The notes: generated by a model from the sequence alone, not told the origin. A DNA stretch of 64,000 nt from Nitrospirota bacterium (GCA_963663225.1 OY760142.1:2816001-2880000); one strand, 5' to 3'; counted from the stretch's first letter, positions 22,692 to 32,929 are shown. Numbers and translations: made by a program.

Positions 22692-22736
22692 TCGACAGTC
22701 AATCATTGACAGTCGAAAGATACTATGCGATAGTAT
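22692..22736 (+). promoter_or_regulatory. Sigma70 promoter of the activator gene, overlapped by two palindromes
   Basis: TTGACA(22706)-17-GATAGT with TGn; dyads TCGACAGTCAAT-c-ATTGACAGTCGA and ATACTAT-gcg-ATAGTAT. Confidence 0.6.
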
Positions 22737-22765
22737 TACAATCATATATATAATATAGAGGAATT

Positions 22766-24643
22766 ATGTCCAAGATTGCTTTTCTTGCTCCCGATAATGA
22801 AATGTATCAGATGGCAAAAGAACTCCTGACGGATTCCTTCCAGGATATTCGCATTGAAAAGGGACTTCTGAGTGAAGGTGTTCGCGTTGCAAAGTCTCTG
22901 ATAAGAGAAGGCTGTGAGATCATTATTGTCAGAGGCGGTACAGCCGAATACATCAGGCGCGCAGGTCTTAAAGTCAGTCTCGTCGAGATTCCATACGCCG
23001 GTTTTGATCTGCTTCGCGCGGTAACTAACGCAATCCGGTTTGGAACATCAATAGGGGTCGTTGCATTTCCTTCCATGGTCATGGGCATTGAATGTTTAGG
23101 ACCCGCCCTCAACGTCGAACTCATGGTCTTTCCGATACACAACGAATCTGAAGTGGAAAATTGTGTGCTTGAGGCGTTCAAATCTGGGGTCAAGGCCGTA
23201 ATAGGTGGGGTCATTACGGTGCGAGTCGCAAAAAAGCATGGCCTGCCGAACGTCCTTATTAACACCGGCCCCGAAAGCATGCTCCAGGCCGCGCAGCAGG
23301 CTCAACGTATAGCATCTGCCCGACAGGAGGAAAAGACCAAAAACCGTCTTTTCAAGGCCATGCTTGATTACGCGTATGATGGGATAGTGGCAATCGACCA
23401 GACGCAACGTATTACTCTTTTCAACCCGATAGCGGAGCGTATCACAAAAATAAACGGGTCCAATGCCGTAGGCAGGAAGATATCGACAGTCTGGCCTGAA
23501 CTCAGGCTGGAAAAGGTTCTTGCAGAAGGAACAGAAGATCTCGGACACATTCTGAAAGTCCAAGATACCAACATACTGTGCAATAAGATACCAATAATAG
23601 TTGACGACAATACGGTCGGTGCAGTGGTCACGTTCCAGGACGTCACGCATATTCAGCAGATGGAAGCTACCGTTCGCAGAAAAATATTTTCGACCGGACA
23701 TGTGGCCACGTTTTCTTTCTCGGACATTGTCGGAACAAGCGAGGCTTTACAGAAAACGGTTTCAATCGCCAAAAAGTTTGCTCAGACCGATTCATCGATA
23801 GTCATCACGGGTGAGACAGGAACAGGAAAAGAAGTATTTGCTCAAAGCATTCATACCCATAGCAAGCGCAGAAATGGCCCTTTTGTTGCAATAAATTGTG
23901 CGGCTCTGCCGAGCCATATACTCGAAAGTGAGCTGTTCGGATATGTTGCAGGCGCTTTTACCGGCGCTAGTCAAAAAGGAAAAATCGGCCTTTTTGAGCA
24001 GGCTCATGACGGCACGCTCTTTCTTGATGAAATCTCGGAAATGGACTACCTTACGCAAGGAAAGCTTCTCAGGGTTTTGCAGGAAAGAAAAGTGATGAGG
24101 CTGGGTAGCGACCGTGTTCTACCGGTCAATGTACGTGTAATTGCCGCAACAAACCAGAACCTGAAAGAACTAATCCGCGAAAAAAAGTTCCGTGCCGACC
24201 TATACTATCGTCTAACTGTTCTGAGGCTCCGCCTTTATCCGTTACGGGAACGAAAAGAAGATATCAAGGTGCTTGCCCGGCTTTTCCTAAAACAGTTTGC
24301 CCAGGGGAGTAAAAATACTTTGCGGCTTTCCTCATCAGCTCTTGCCGTATTGACGGAATATACGTGGCCGGGGAATATCCGGGAACTTAAAAACGTTATC
24401 GAGTGCATCGCCGCTGTGCGGAAGGACGATATCGTCGACGGTTCTATTGTTCGCCAGATTATAGAAGAAGAGCAGCACGAAGAAATGAAAAGTCTATTGA
24501 TTGAGCACGAAACCGACGAAATTAAAAACGCTCTCTTAACGACAAAAGGCAACCATTCTGAAGCTGCAAAGCTCCTCGGAATCAGCCGGGTAACCCTGTG
24601 GCGCAAACTGCGGCGCCGGATGCTTCATGGTTTGCAACCCTGA
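22766..24643 (+). CDS. PrpR-like sigma54-dependent activator (PrpR_N-PAS-AAA+-Fis HTH)
   Basis: IIIVRGGTA, PAS region, GETGTGKE, ESELFGY..GAFTGA, LFLDEI, WPGNIREL, LGISRVTLWRKL. Confidence 0.92.
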   Translation: MSKIAFLAPDNEMYQMAKELLTDSFQDIRIEKGLLSEGVRVAKSLIREGCEIIIVRGGTAEYIRRAGLKVSLVEIPYAGFDLLRAVTNAIRFGTSIGVVAFPSMVMGIECLGPALNVELMVFPIHNESEVENCVLEAFKSGVKAVIGGVITVRVAKKHGLPNVLINTGPESMLQAAQQAQRIASARQEEKTKNRLFKAMLDYAYDGIVAIDQTQRITLFNPIAERITKINGSNAVGRKISTVWPELRLEKVLAEGTEDLGHILKVQDTNILCNKIPIIVDDNTVGAVVTFQDVTHIQQMEATVRRKIFSTGHVATFSFSDIVGTSEALQKTVSIAKKFAQTDSSIVITGETGTGKEVFAQSIHTHSKRRNGPFVAINCAALPSHILESELFGYVAGAFTGASQKGKIGLFEQAHDGTLFLDEISEMDYLTQGKLLRVLQERKVMRLGSDRVLPVNVRVIAATNQNLKELIREKKFRADLYYRLTVLRLRLYPLRERKEDIKVLARLFLKQFAQGSKNTLRLSSSALAVLTEYTWPGNIRELKNVIECIAAVRKDDIVDGSIVRQIIEEEQHEEMKSLLIEHETDEIKNALLTTKGNHSEAAKLLGISRVTLWRKLRRRMLHGLQP

Positions 24644-24676
24644 GTTTAATTTTAGAAACTGAGCTGCACGTTTACG

Positions 24677-25024
24677 TTATTCGAATAACACCAATGCTAT
24701 GAATTCAAGATCGGTCTCTCCCGTATTTTCAATCGCGTGGCTCTGTCCGACATTGATATATCCGAGATCACCGGACTTTATCGGCTTTTTTACTCCTTCT
24801 TCATCAAAAATTCCTTCGCCTTTTATGACATAGTATGCTTCCATTTCACCTTTATGCGTATGCATTCCGATTGAGCTGCCGGGTTTTAAGATATTCAGAG
24901 CAAAAAGCCTTCCTTTGTTCAGGAACTCCTCACGCTCCATGATATGAACGAGTTTGACGTCTCCTTTTCCTCCCAACCAGTCATTTTTTGCATCAACACG
25001 CATTTCATTCGCTTTGCGAAGCAT
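24677..25024 (-). CDS. Cupin domain protein
   Basis: GMHTHKGEMEAYYVIKGEG and GQSHAIENTG cupin motifs. Confidence 0.88.
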   Translation of the reverse strand: MLRKANEMRVDAKNDWLGGKGDVKLVHIMEREEFLNKGRLFALNILKPGSSIGMHTHKGEMEAYYVIKGEGIFDEEGVKKPIKSGDLGYINVGQSHAIENTGETDLEFIALVLFE

Positions 25025-25068
25025 CCCTGAACCTCCTGTGTTTTGCCTGAACTTCAGTCAAATGTTAG

Positions 25069-26214
25069 CTATTTCCCTTCATACATGCGAATCACAAGTT
25101 TTCGCAGATCCTCGTCAGGAATCATTGCATAATTAGGATTTCTGCTGGGCGGACTCTTGCGCGAATTCAATATTACATCATCAAAATTTTTATAAAAATC
25201 TTCCGATGGCACACCGGCGTCTTTAAAGCAACCAGGAATCCTGAGTTCGCGCTGCAGTTTCCGTATCGCTTCAAGGAAATCATCTTTGCCAATCCGCTTC
25301 CCAAGATATTCAAGTTTTGCGGCAACCTCCGGATCTTTTGCATAGTATTCCATGACATACGGGAGGCCAATCCCAACTGCCAATCCGTGACCGATGTCAT
25401 ACCGACCGCAAACCGAGTGGCAGATGCCGTGATTCATCCCAAGACCGGTGTTGCTGAATGCAATTCCTGTCATACATTGAAAATTGTGCACTCTTTCCCG
25501 TGCACCTGGGTCTCCTGTCTTGTATGAAATAGGCAAATATTTGAACAATCCTTCCGCCGCACCGGCAGCCAAAACTTCCATAAAATCGTTATTGTTTTTT
25601 GCAATATAACTCTCGACCGCGTGTCCGACGGCATCCATGCCTGACTCTGCAACCACCTTCTGCGGCATGGACAGCGTAATTTCACCGTCCAAGATGGCGT
25701 AATCCGGCACAAATGCCTGGGTCCTGCCCGTTACTTTCATGTTTTCCTGCTTTACCGCCACGACCGACACCCAACTGACCTCCGACGCGGTGCCTGATGT
25801 GCTCGGTATGGCGATCAGTTTAATTGACTTTCTGGACTGAGGCAGCGACGCCTGCTCGAACGAGGTCACCAGATCCAGTTCAGGATATTCATAAAACAAA
25901 CTCATTGCTTTGGCGGCATCGATGGCAGAACCGCCTCCCAGAGCAATAACGGAATCCGGGCGGAATTCCCGCATCGCGGCAATTCCCGCATTTACGCATT
26001 CAAGCGGAGCATTCACCGTAACTCCGGAAAAGACCTGGTTTTCACAACCAGATTCCTTCAAGATCGCCTGCGCTTTCGCTAAGGTTCCGTTTTTTTGCAT
26101 AGAGCTGCCGCCGGTTACGATAAAGGCTCTCTTCAGGCCCAACGTCTTCAGGAAGCTTATCGATCCCATGCCGACCACGATCTTGTCACCGTGAAATCTC
26201 ATTGCTTTTATCAT
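25069..26214 (-). CDS. Iron-containing alcohol dehydrogenase
   Basis: GGGSAIDAAK, PSTSGTASE, DAVGHAVE, NHGICH, HG; likely ATG at 26214. Confidence 0.9.
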   Translation of the reverse strand: MIKAMRFHGDKIVVGMGSISFLKTLGLKRAFIVTGGSSMQKNGTLAKAQAILKESGCENQVFSGVTVNAPLECVNAGIAAMREFRPDSVIALGGGSAIDAAKAMSLFYEYPELDLVTSFEQASLPQSRKSIKLIAIPSTSGTASEVSWVSVVAVKQENMKVTGRTQAFVPDYAILDGEITLSMPQKVVAESGMDAVGHAVESYIAKNNNDFMEVLAAGAAEGLFKYLPISYKTGDPGARERVHNFQCMTGIAFSNTGLGMNHGICHSVCGRYDIGHGLAVGIGLPYVMEYYAKDPEVAAKLEYLGKRIGKDDFLEAIRKLQRELRIPGCFKDAGVPSEDFYKNFDDVILNSRKSPPSRNPNYAMIPDEDLRKLVIRMYEGK

Positions 26215-26409
26215 AATTGCCTCATCCTTCAATATGATGTTTTAAGCTGCTCTTGCGCGCCACCTGACCGTGCTGCTGCATGCCGTGTCAGCACTGGCCA
26301 CGATAAATCAATAAACTTGGCTGCACAGACACCGGAGCGCCTGCACAGCCAAGTTCTTAATGCGTAAAATTAAAAACGCTCCATCAATTTTTAACCATAA
26401 TGAAGCGCA

Positions 26410-27663
26410 TTATTTGCCGGTAATTGCGACTGCGTTTGTTTTAATAAATTTTGCCGTTTCTGGCAAGCAATATACTGCCACTACTGCCAGCAGATAATAT
26501 CCCGCATTCAGAGCCAGTCCTGCAGATAATCCCATGTTCTCAGCCAGCAACCCAAGCAAATAAGGAGCCAGTAGAGCCATCACGCGGGCAACACCGCTAT
26601 AGGCCAGACTGGTTCCGGACGCTCTTGCCTCCGCCGGAAACAATTCAGAAAGGTAGGCGGCAAAAATCCCAAAGCACCCCGTACTCGTAAAACCGAAGAC
26701 CGGTCCAAAAAACAAGAGCATGGTAGGATCTTTAATGGACACATAAATGATTGTGGCAAAAAAAGCGGATCCCATCCCGGCTATGCAGGCCGTACGTCTT
26801 CCTTTTATATCAGCAAGCCACCCGAAAAACAGTATGCCGGCCACCGCTCCTGCATTCAAGAGCACCAAATACCCGCCCGACTTCACGACACTGAGTCCCC
26901 TCTCAGTGGCCAAAAAAGTGGGTATCCAGGCGACAGCGCCCCAATAGGCCATAAGCGCGAAACCCATAAAGAGGCAGGCGAATATCGTCGTGCGCAGATA
27001 TTTGGGTGTAAAAAGAATGGCCATGGAAAATTGCGGCTTATCCCCTGTGTTCGCTTTCCGCCGTCTGGCATCGCGTACGTTCACCCATTCTGCCGGTTCC
27101 GGGAGAGCCCAACGAACCCAAAGAGCGAACAATGCCGGCAAGGCGCCTACAAAGAATAAGGCCCTCCAGCCAAGCGTTGGTACTACGAATATGCTAAGTA
27201 AGGCGGCGAAACCATAACCAATAGGCCATCCGGTATGCACCATGCTCGTTGCTTTTGCCCTTCTTTCTGCCGGCCAGTATTCAGATACCAATGCAGCTCC
27301 AATGCCCCATTCCGCTCCAAGTCCGAGACCGGTAATGGTCCTGAAGGTCAATAGTTGTTCATATGACTGGGCAAGTCCGCAGAGGCCGGTGAATATTGCA
27401 TAAAAAATAATAGTAACCATGAGCACCCGTACACGGCCATAATAGTCCGCCAATACACCACCCACAAAACCGCCGACGGCGGCACCGGCTATAGTAGCGG
27501 TAAACAATAAACCTGCCTGACTCATGGAAAGATTGAATGCTACCTTAATAAGGGGCATGAGTATGGCCAGCGCCATCCAGTCCGCCGCATCCAACATCCA
27601 TCCGCCGAAAGCTGCAACAAGACTTTTCCATCGTAATTTTTTCTGAACAGCAGGATCTTCCAT
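26410..27663 (-). CDS. MFS transporter (aromatic acid/sialate:H+ symporter-like)
   Basis: About 12 hydrophobic segments, GVLADYYGR, GLGLGAEW, ELFPAEARASG. Confidence 0.88.
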   Translation of the reverse strand: MEDPAVQKKLRWKSLVAAFGGWMLDAADWMALAILMPLIKVAFNLSMSQAGLLFTATIAGAAVGGFVGGVLADYYGRVRVLMVTIIFYAIFTGLCGLAQSYEQLLTFRTITGLGLGAEWGIGAALVSEYWPAERRAKATSMVHTGWPIGYGFAALLSIFVVPTLGWRALFFVGALPALFALWVRWALPEPAEWVNVRDARRRKANTGDKPQFSMAILFTPKYLRTTIFACLFMGFALMAYWGAVAWIPTFLATERGLSVVKSGGYLVLLNAGAVAGILFFGWLADIKGRRTACIAGMGSAFFATIIYVSIKDPTMLLFFGPVFGFTSTGCFGIFAAYLSELFPAEARASGTSLAYSGVARVMALLAPYLLGLLAENMGLSAGLALNAGYYLLAVVAVYCLPETAKFIKTNAVAITGK

Positions 27664-27695
27664 CAGACAGCCTCCCTTCCCTCTTCCGCATTGGT

Positions 27696-29219
27696 TTAAT
27701 ATGTTACGTGATTGTAGAGTTTTGCATAAGACGTCGCAAGATTCTTTACTACATCTTGGTAAACCTCAAAATTTTTGCTGTATTTCGCATGATTGTCCCA
27801 GTTCGGCTGCAACTTATTTTCGATTTTGACGCACGTTTTAACAGCTTCAATTTCCGAACTAAACACCTCCTTTCCAACTCCTGCAAGAAGCGCTCCTCCG
27901 AAAGAAGAATCGTCGTTTTCGGGCCGTAATACCGGAACCCCTATTACGTCGCTCACAATCTGGCACCACAAATTGCTTTTCGCTCCTCCTCCGATTAATC
28001 TGACGTCCTTGATGTCCGGCATAATATCGTGCGTAATCTGGTAGCAATCTTTGAGACTATATGCAACTCCTTCCAGCACTGACCTGGCAAAATGTTTCCT
28101 CTCGTGAACCATGCCCATGCCGATGAAACTCGCTCGGAGCTTCGAATTATAATACGGGCAGCGTTCGCCGAGCAAATACGGATGATACATGAGTCCGAGA
28201 GCTCCAACCGGAACCTGGTCAGCAAGTTCGTCCATGAACTGGTAGATATTCCTATCATTCTTTTCGCAATTATTTTTTTCTTCTGAGAAAAAGTTATCGC
28301 GCAGCCAGCGGTAAGATGAGGCACACGTGTTGGTAGCCAAAGCGGTATACCATACATTTTCCACGACATGAGGGTACGTAAAAGATTTTGGATGAGGTTT
28401 AGGATATTTCGTAACCAGATTTATGTTTCCTGCCGTAGCAAGCTTGATGATCATTTGTCCGGGTTCTACTGCCCCGGCGCCGAAATCTTCAGCGGCAGTA
28501 TCTGAGCAGCCTGCGACAACCGGCAATCCTTCAGGGAGGCCCGTTAGTTCCGCAGTTTGCCGGGTTACCTTTCCGACTACATCTCTTGATTTGAAAACCG
28601 GCGGCAATACTTCCACCGGGAGATCAATCATGGCACAAAGGTCTTTTGACCAACTGCGGAGGCGGGCATCATAGAGCAAGCTGCCTTGAGCATTAACATG
28701 ATCTGTGCTCCAGTCACCAGTGAGAAATCCGCGGACATAATCTTTAACAAAAGATATTTTCGCTATTCTAGAGAATGCTTTGGGTTCATTTTCTTTTATC
28801 CATAAGAGCTGCGGCAGCGTCCAGGTTGGTGAAGGATACTGCATCCCTATGGAAAATATTTGTTCCCCGAAGTGCTTATTCAGCCAGTCAACTTGTTTGA
28901 TGCTTCGCTGATCTGTCCACATGATGCATGGCCGGATTATCCGGTCGTCCCTATCGATCAAAACCGCATTGTGGGTAGAGGCCGTTACTGCCAAACTTGC
29001 CAATCTTCGCCCTTTATTTTGACACTGATCCAAACATCTTTTGACTGTTTCGATCAGAACTTTTATCCAATCAGCCGGATTCTGTTCACTCCATCCCGGA
29101 TGAGGATAATGGGTGACGTATTCTGTGTACGCCTTTCCCAATACTGTTCCCATGGCATCAATAACGGTTACTTTACATCCTCCGGTGCCAAAATCTATGC
29201 CCATCAGTTCAGGCAGCAC
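27696..29219 (-). CDS. FGGY-family carbohydrate kinase (xylulokinase-like)
   Basis: GIDFGTGGCK, WSEQNP, WTDQR, PYLLGERCP, LEGVAY, IGGGAKS; GTG start. Confidence 0.88.
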   Translation of the reverse strand: MLPELMGIDFGTGGCKVTVIDAMGTVLGKAYTEYVTHYPHPGWSEQNPADWIKVLIETVKRCLDQCQNKGRRLASLAVTASTHNAVLIDRDDRIIRPCIMWTDQRSIKQVDWLNKHFGEQIFSIGMQYPSPTWTLPQLLWIKENEPKAFSRIAKISFVKDYVRGFLTGDWSTDHVNAQGSLLYDARLRSWSKDLCAMIDLPVEVLPPVFKSRDVVGKVTRQTAELTGLPEGLPVVAGCSDTAAEDFGAGAVEPGQMIIKLATAGNINLVTKYPKPHPKSFTYPHVVENVWYTALATNTCASSYRWLRDNFFSEEKNNCEKNDRNIYQFMDELADQVPVGALGLMYHPYLLGERCPYYNSKLRASFIGMGMVHERKHFARSVLEGVAYSLKDCYQITHDIMPDIKDVRLIGGGAKSNLWCQIVSDVIGVPVLRPENDDSSFGGALLAGVGKEVFSSEIEAVKTCVKIENKLQPNWDNHAKYSKNFEVYQDVVKNLATSYAKLYNHVTY

Positions 29220-29346
29220 TTTTCCCTCCCCCTCATCCCTGTCTGGACAAACGGATAAAACTCAGATCAAAGGTCAAACCGGCCACATGTATATTTTTTT
29301 CGAGAAGGACATTGCAATGGTAAATCATCTCTTACGCCGATGTTCT

Positions 29347-30489
29347 TCACAACAGAGACGCGAGCAATTCCGCAATATGCAGTACTTCTATATTCTTGTC
29401 TTTTGCCGCTCTGCCCAACTGATCCTTGCATGTCGAACAGGTCGTAACAAGCGTGTCAAACTCGAGCACGTTTTGGCGAATATGGTCAATCTGATACGAT
29501 GCAACCGCATCTGCAGCAGCGGCATCCACGAAACGCGTGCCGCCGCAGCCACCGCAGCACAGCGATTCCGGGACTCTGAGCGTTTTGTCGACTAAATTTT
29601 CCGCATTGAACATATCTATTGCCATGCCGGGAATGTGTCGTAATAAATTCGTCGTAGGATCAAAGCGTCCGAGGCTCCTCGCCATTCGGCAGGGGCTCTG
29701 TACGCGAATTTTCATTTCCCGCTGGTTTTTGACCATTATCTTTTTATTTTCCTTGATGAGGTCGGCAAAATAATCGGCGAAATTGACTATTTCAACAGTG
29801 CCGGTTTTTCCCATCTCCCGAAATGAGGCATTCATCCAATACGCACACGTCGGGCAGATGGTGACCACTTTTTTTGCGCCCGTATCAAGGATTATGTGCA
29901 TTAACTTTTCTGCGTGAGCAGAAAACTCCTTGCTGAAACCAAGCTCTTTGAGCGGCGCGGCGCAGCAATCCGTTCCGGCTAACGTGGTATAATTGACATC
30001 TGCCATATTCAGGATCTTAAGCGCGGATTCTAATATATTGTGTTCCTTGTACAAGGCAGTACATCCCGGAAAGAACGCGACTGAAGCTGTTTTTGTTACG
30101 CGCCCTCCGTTAAAACGTTCAGATTGGATCTTATCGCCGAAAGGATTTCCATGTTTCAGAAAGTTGTTCTTTACTACCGCCGCTTCCTCGCAAACTCCTC
30201 CCGCTGCTACAAACTTTTCCCGAGCAGCCAGAATAACTTCGGGGAGATTCTGCTGTGTAATGCATGATTCGTAGCAGGCGCCGCAGAGCGTACAGTTGGC
30301 GATCAGGTTTTTATGTGATTCATTGCCGGCCGCCACGAGGCCCTGCTCGTTTGCATAAATATTTAAAGCCAATCCGCGCGGCGCTCCCGATTCTTTCGCC
30401 GTTGCATTCCCAACGGGGCATACATGACGGCACATCACGCAAAAACGGCAGTTATTCAGTGTCTCTTTGTATAATGCTTGATCCATCAC
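29347..30489 (-). CDS. Fe-S oxidoreductase, 2x[4Fe-4S] + CCG domains (GlpC/GlcF/HdrD-like)
   Basis: CRFCVMCRHVCP, CTLCGACYESC, FFPGC, DCC, CPTC, SPC, CCGGCGG, CSTC. Confidence 0.88.
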   Translation of the reverse strand: MMDQALYKETLNNCRFCVMCRHVCPVGNATAKESGAPRGLALNIYANEQGLVAAGNESHKNLIANCTLCGACYESCITQQNLPEVILAAREKFVAAGGVCEEAAVVKNNFLKHGNPFGDKIQSERFNGGRVTKTASVAFFPGCTALYKEHNILESALKILNMADVNYTTLAGTDCCAAPLKELGFSKEFSAHAEKLMHIILDTGAKKVVTICPTCAYWMNASFREMGKTGTVEIVNFADYFADLIKENKKIMVKNQREMKIRVQSPCRMARSLGRFDPTTNLLRHIPGMAIDMFNAENLVDKTLRVPESLCCGGCGGTRFVDAAAADAVASYQIDHIRQNVLEFDTLVTTCSTCKDQLGRAAKDKNIEVLHIAELLASLL

Positions 30490-30498
30490 CTTGCTCCT

Positions 30499-31938
30499 CT
30501 ATAATTTGAAACCAAGTTTGCCCGGGTTCATGATATTGTTCGGATCCAGCTGCTTTTTGATGCCTTCCAATACTTCGAAACCACAGCCATACTGACGACG
30601 CATAAATGGTCCCAATTTCAGGCCAATGCCGTGATGTTCATTGACAACGCCGCCATGCTTCAGAGCCGCGTTGATGCCGGTGCTCCATATGTTATAGTAA
30701 AGACGTGCAGCTTCATGAGCATCAGCCGGAGGCTCATCAATGAAAAAACGTGCATAAACCATTGCCCCCCATGCGTACCAGTGGGAGAAATGGCCGGTAA
30801 ATCGAGCATTCCATTTGGCATATTTGCCTTCGATTTCTTCCTTCATGTGATAGTAAAGCGGTAAAATTTCCTTGAAAGTCGTTACGCTGTCCATCGTGCC
30901 GAATGCGCTGGGGAGATGAGGAGTTAAGGGCGGATAGTAGAAGTCATACCGATGATCCCACCAATGCTGACCGGGTTCTTCTCCTAAATCTTTTGCACCT
31001 AGATTTTGGCAAATTTTTAACGTCTCCTTTTTCTCAGACTCCAGCATATCGCCTCTCCGGCCCTCGAATCCCAGTATAAGGACGTTGCCCGCAAGTTTCA
31101 TGCCCAGCACTCTGTTGACAAAAGATTTGGTTGAGGGATCATCATACAGGCGAATAACCGCAGGTCTTAATCCTGCCAGCATAATTTGACGTCCGGCGTC
31201 CATGCCGCTTTCCAAATTATCAAACAAGAGGCACCGAAAAGACCGTTCTGTCGGTTTGTCTATGATCTTTACCCGCGCTTTCGTGATAACTCCCAGGGTG
31301 CCTTCGGAACCGATAAACAGCTGTGTCGTTTCCGGTCCGGTGGCGTTTCGAGGCACCGGTATGCTTTCGAAAATCGTCCCCGAGGGCAGAACGACTTCCA
31401 ATCCCAGCACAAGGTCTTCGATCTTTCCATACTTCGTCGACATTACGCCTGAACCTCGTGCCGCGATGCATCCGCCTACCGAGGCGCTGTACATGGAAGC
31501 AGGATAGTGCGGGAAGGAAAGCTCCTGCTTGTTGAGTGCCCGTTCGAAATTGACGAGAAGCGCACCCGCCTCTACGGTCGCCACCTGCGATTGTTCGTCA
31601 ATGTCAAGGATTATATTCATGCGCTTGAGGTCAATTATGATCCCGCCGCAAATCGCCAGACCGCCACCCTGCGTTCCGGAACCACCCGCGATTGGAATTA
31701 CCGGCACCCGATATTCCGTGGCTAACTGTATGATGTCAGAAATCTGTGCGGCGCTGTTGGGTCGCACAATCAGGTCCGGCATGCTCGGCTGTTTGGCCCT
31801 GTCTAGCCACATGGCGGGAACCCAGGAGACATCTGTTGAATAAGCCACGCGATCGGCCTGCTTATCTGTTATGTTATCGTCGCCGACAATTTCTCCCAAT
31901 CTGGCGTACAGCATGTCATATACGTAACTGTTGAACAC
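30499..31938 (-). CDS. FAD-linked oxidoreductase (VAO/PCMH family; alkyl-DHAP synthase/GlcD-like)
   Basis: PIAGGSGTQGG, STKYGKIEDLV, IGSEGTLGVIT, HFSHWY, EHHGIG, LDPNNIMNPGKL; GTG start. Confidence 0.85.
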   Translation of the reverse strand: MFNSYVYDMLYARLGEIVGDDNITDKQADRVAYSTDVSWVPAMWLDRAKQPSMPDLIVRPNSAAQISDIIQLATEYRVPVIPIAGGSGTQGGGLAICGGIIIDLKRMNIILDIDEQSQVATVEAGALLVNFERALNKQELSFPHYPASMYSASVGGCIAARGSGVMSTKYGKIEDLVLGLEVVLPSGTIFESIPVPRNATGPETTQLFIGSEGTLGVITKARVKIIDKPTERSFRCLLFDNLESGMDAGRQIMLAGLRPAVIRLYDDPSTKSFVNRVLGMKLAGNVLILGFEGRRGDMLESEKKETLKICQNLGAKDLGEEPGQHWWDHRYDFYYPPLTPHLPSAFGTMDSVTTFKEILPLYYHMKEEIEGKYAKWNARFTGHFSHWYAWGAMVYARFFIDEPPADAHEAARLYYNIWSTGINAALKHGGVVNEHHGIGLKLGPFMRRQYGCGFEVLEGIKKQLDPNNIMNPGKLGFKL

Positions 31939-32044
31939 GAATCATCCCTCCCAGGAGTGTAGTAATGACAAATAAAAATTAACCAGTAGAATAGTTCGCT
32001 TAAAATACAATTGCCGCAAACTGCTCGACAAAAAGCATCGATTG

Positions 32045-32929
32045 CTAATATTTTTTACATTGCAGCGCCCGTTCTATTCTTTTGATAGCATCGTAGCCTT
32101 TTTCTTTTTTTCGCAAAGCGACATACACGTACAGCGTATCGATTATGCTCAATTGAGCGATTCGCGAGGCAAGAGCCAATATTCGATACCTCGTTTCCTG
32201 TGAAGCGGTGTATAAATGAATGTCGGAATACTTCAAGACGGGTGATTTGCCGTAGTTGGTAATGCAAATTGTGGTTGCACCGCATTCTTTTGCGATTTGC
32301 AATGCCTCTGCAATGTCCTTCGAAGAACCGGAATGTGAAATGCCGATAGCTACATCTTCCGGAGTAAGGTGGGATGCTACGATAACCTGCATATGATTAT
32401 CACAATAGGCCGCGCACTCAACGCCAGTCCGTAAAAACTTATGCTGAGCATCCATAGCTACAGGAGCCGAATTGCCAAGCCCAAAGACTACGATCTTCCT
32501 CGCGCGGAGGATGGCTTCCGCTGCTTTTTCTACCTCAGCAACATCCAAAACATCTCTGGTATGAGAGAGTGTTTGGATAACACTTTGGAATATCTTGCTC
32601 AATACTTCGGGGATTTTATCACTTTCAGTTATTTCTTCATGAATGCTTTGCAGAGGCGAGATCATCTCTTGCGCAAAAGCAATTTTTAAATCTTGATAGC
32701 CCTTAAATCCCAGTTTTCTTGCAAAACGAACCACGGTCGCTTCGCTGACGTCGGCTTTCTCAGCTAGTTCCGTAATTGTCAGATGTACAATTTCCTGGGA
32801 ATTTTCTTTCAAGAGATTGGCAATCCTCTTTTCTGCCGTGCCTAAAATACTATAAACGGATTGAATTCGCAGAGAAGTGCTTGAAATAGTGTCCACAGCA
32901 TTGGTAATTGGAATGACTTTCCTTCTCAT
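32045..32929 (-). CDS. RpiR/MurR-family transcriptional regulator (HTH + SIS)
   Basis: ITELAEKADVSEATVVRFARKLGFKGYQDLK, ISHSGSS, SRIAQLSIID. Confidence 0.95.
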   Translation of the reverse strand: MRRKVIPITNAVDTISSTSLRIQSVYSILGTAEKRIANLLKENSQEIVHLTITELAEKADVSEATVVRFARKLGFKGYQDLKIAFAQEMISPLQSIHEEITESDKIPEVLSKIFQSVIQTLSHTRDVLDVAEVEKAAEAILRARKIVVFGLGNSAPVAMDAQHKFLRTGVECAAYCDNHMQVIVASHLTPEDVAIGISHSGSSKDIAEALQIAKECGATTICITNYGKSPVLKYSDIHLYTASQETRYRILALASRIAQLSIIDTLYVYVALRKKEKGYDAIKRIERALQCKKY

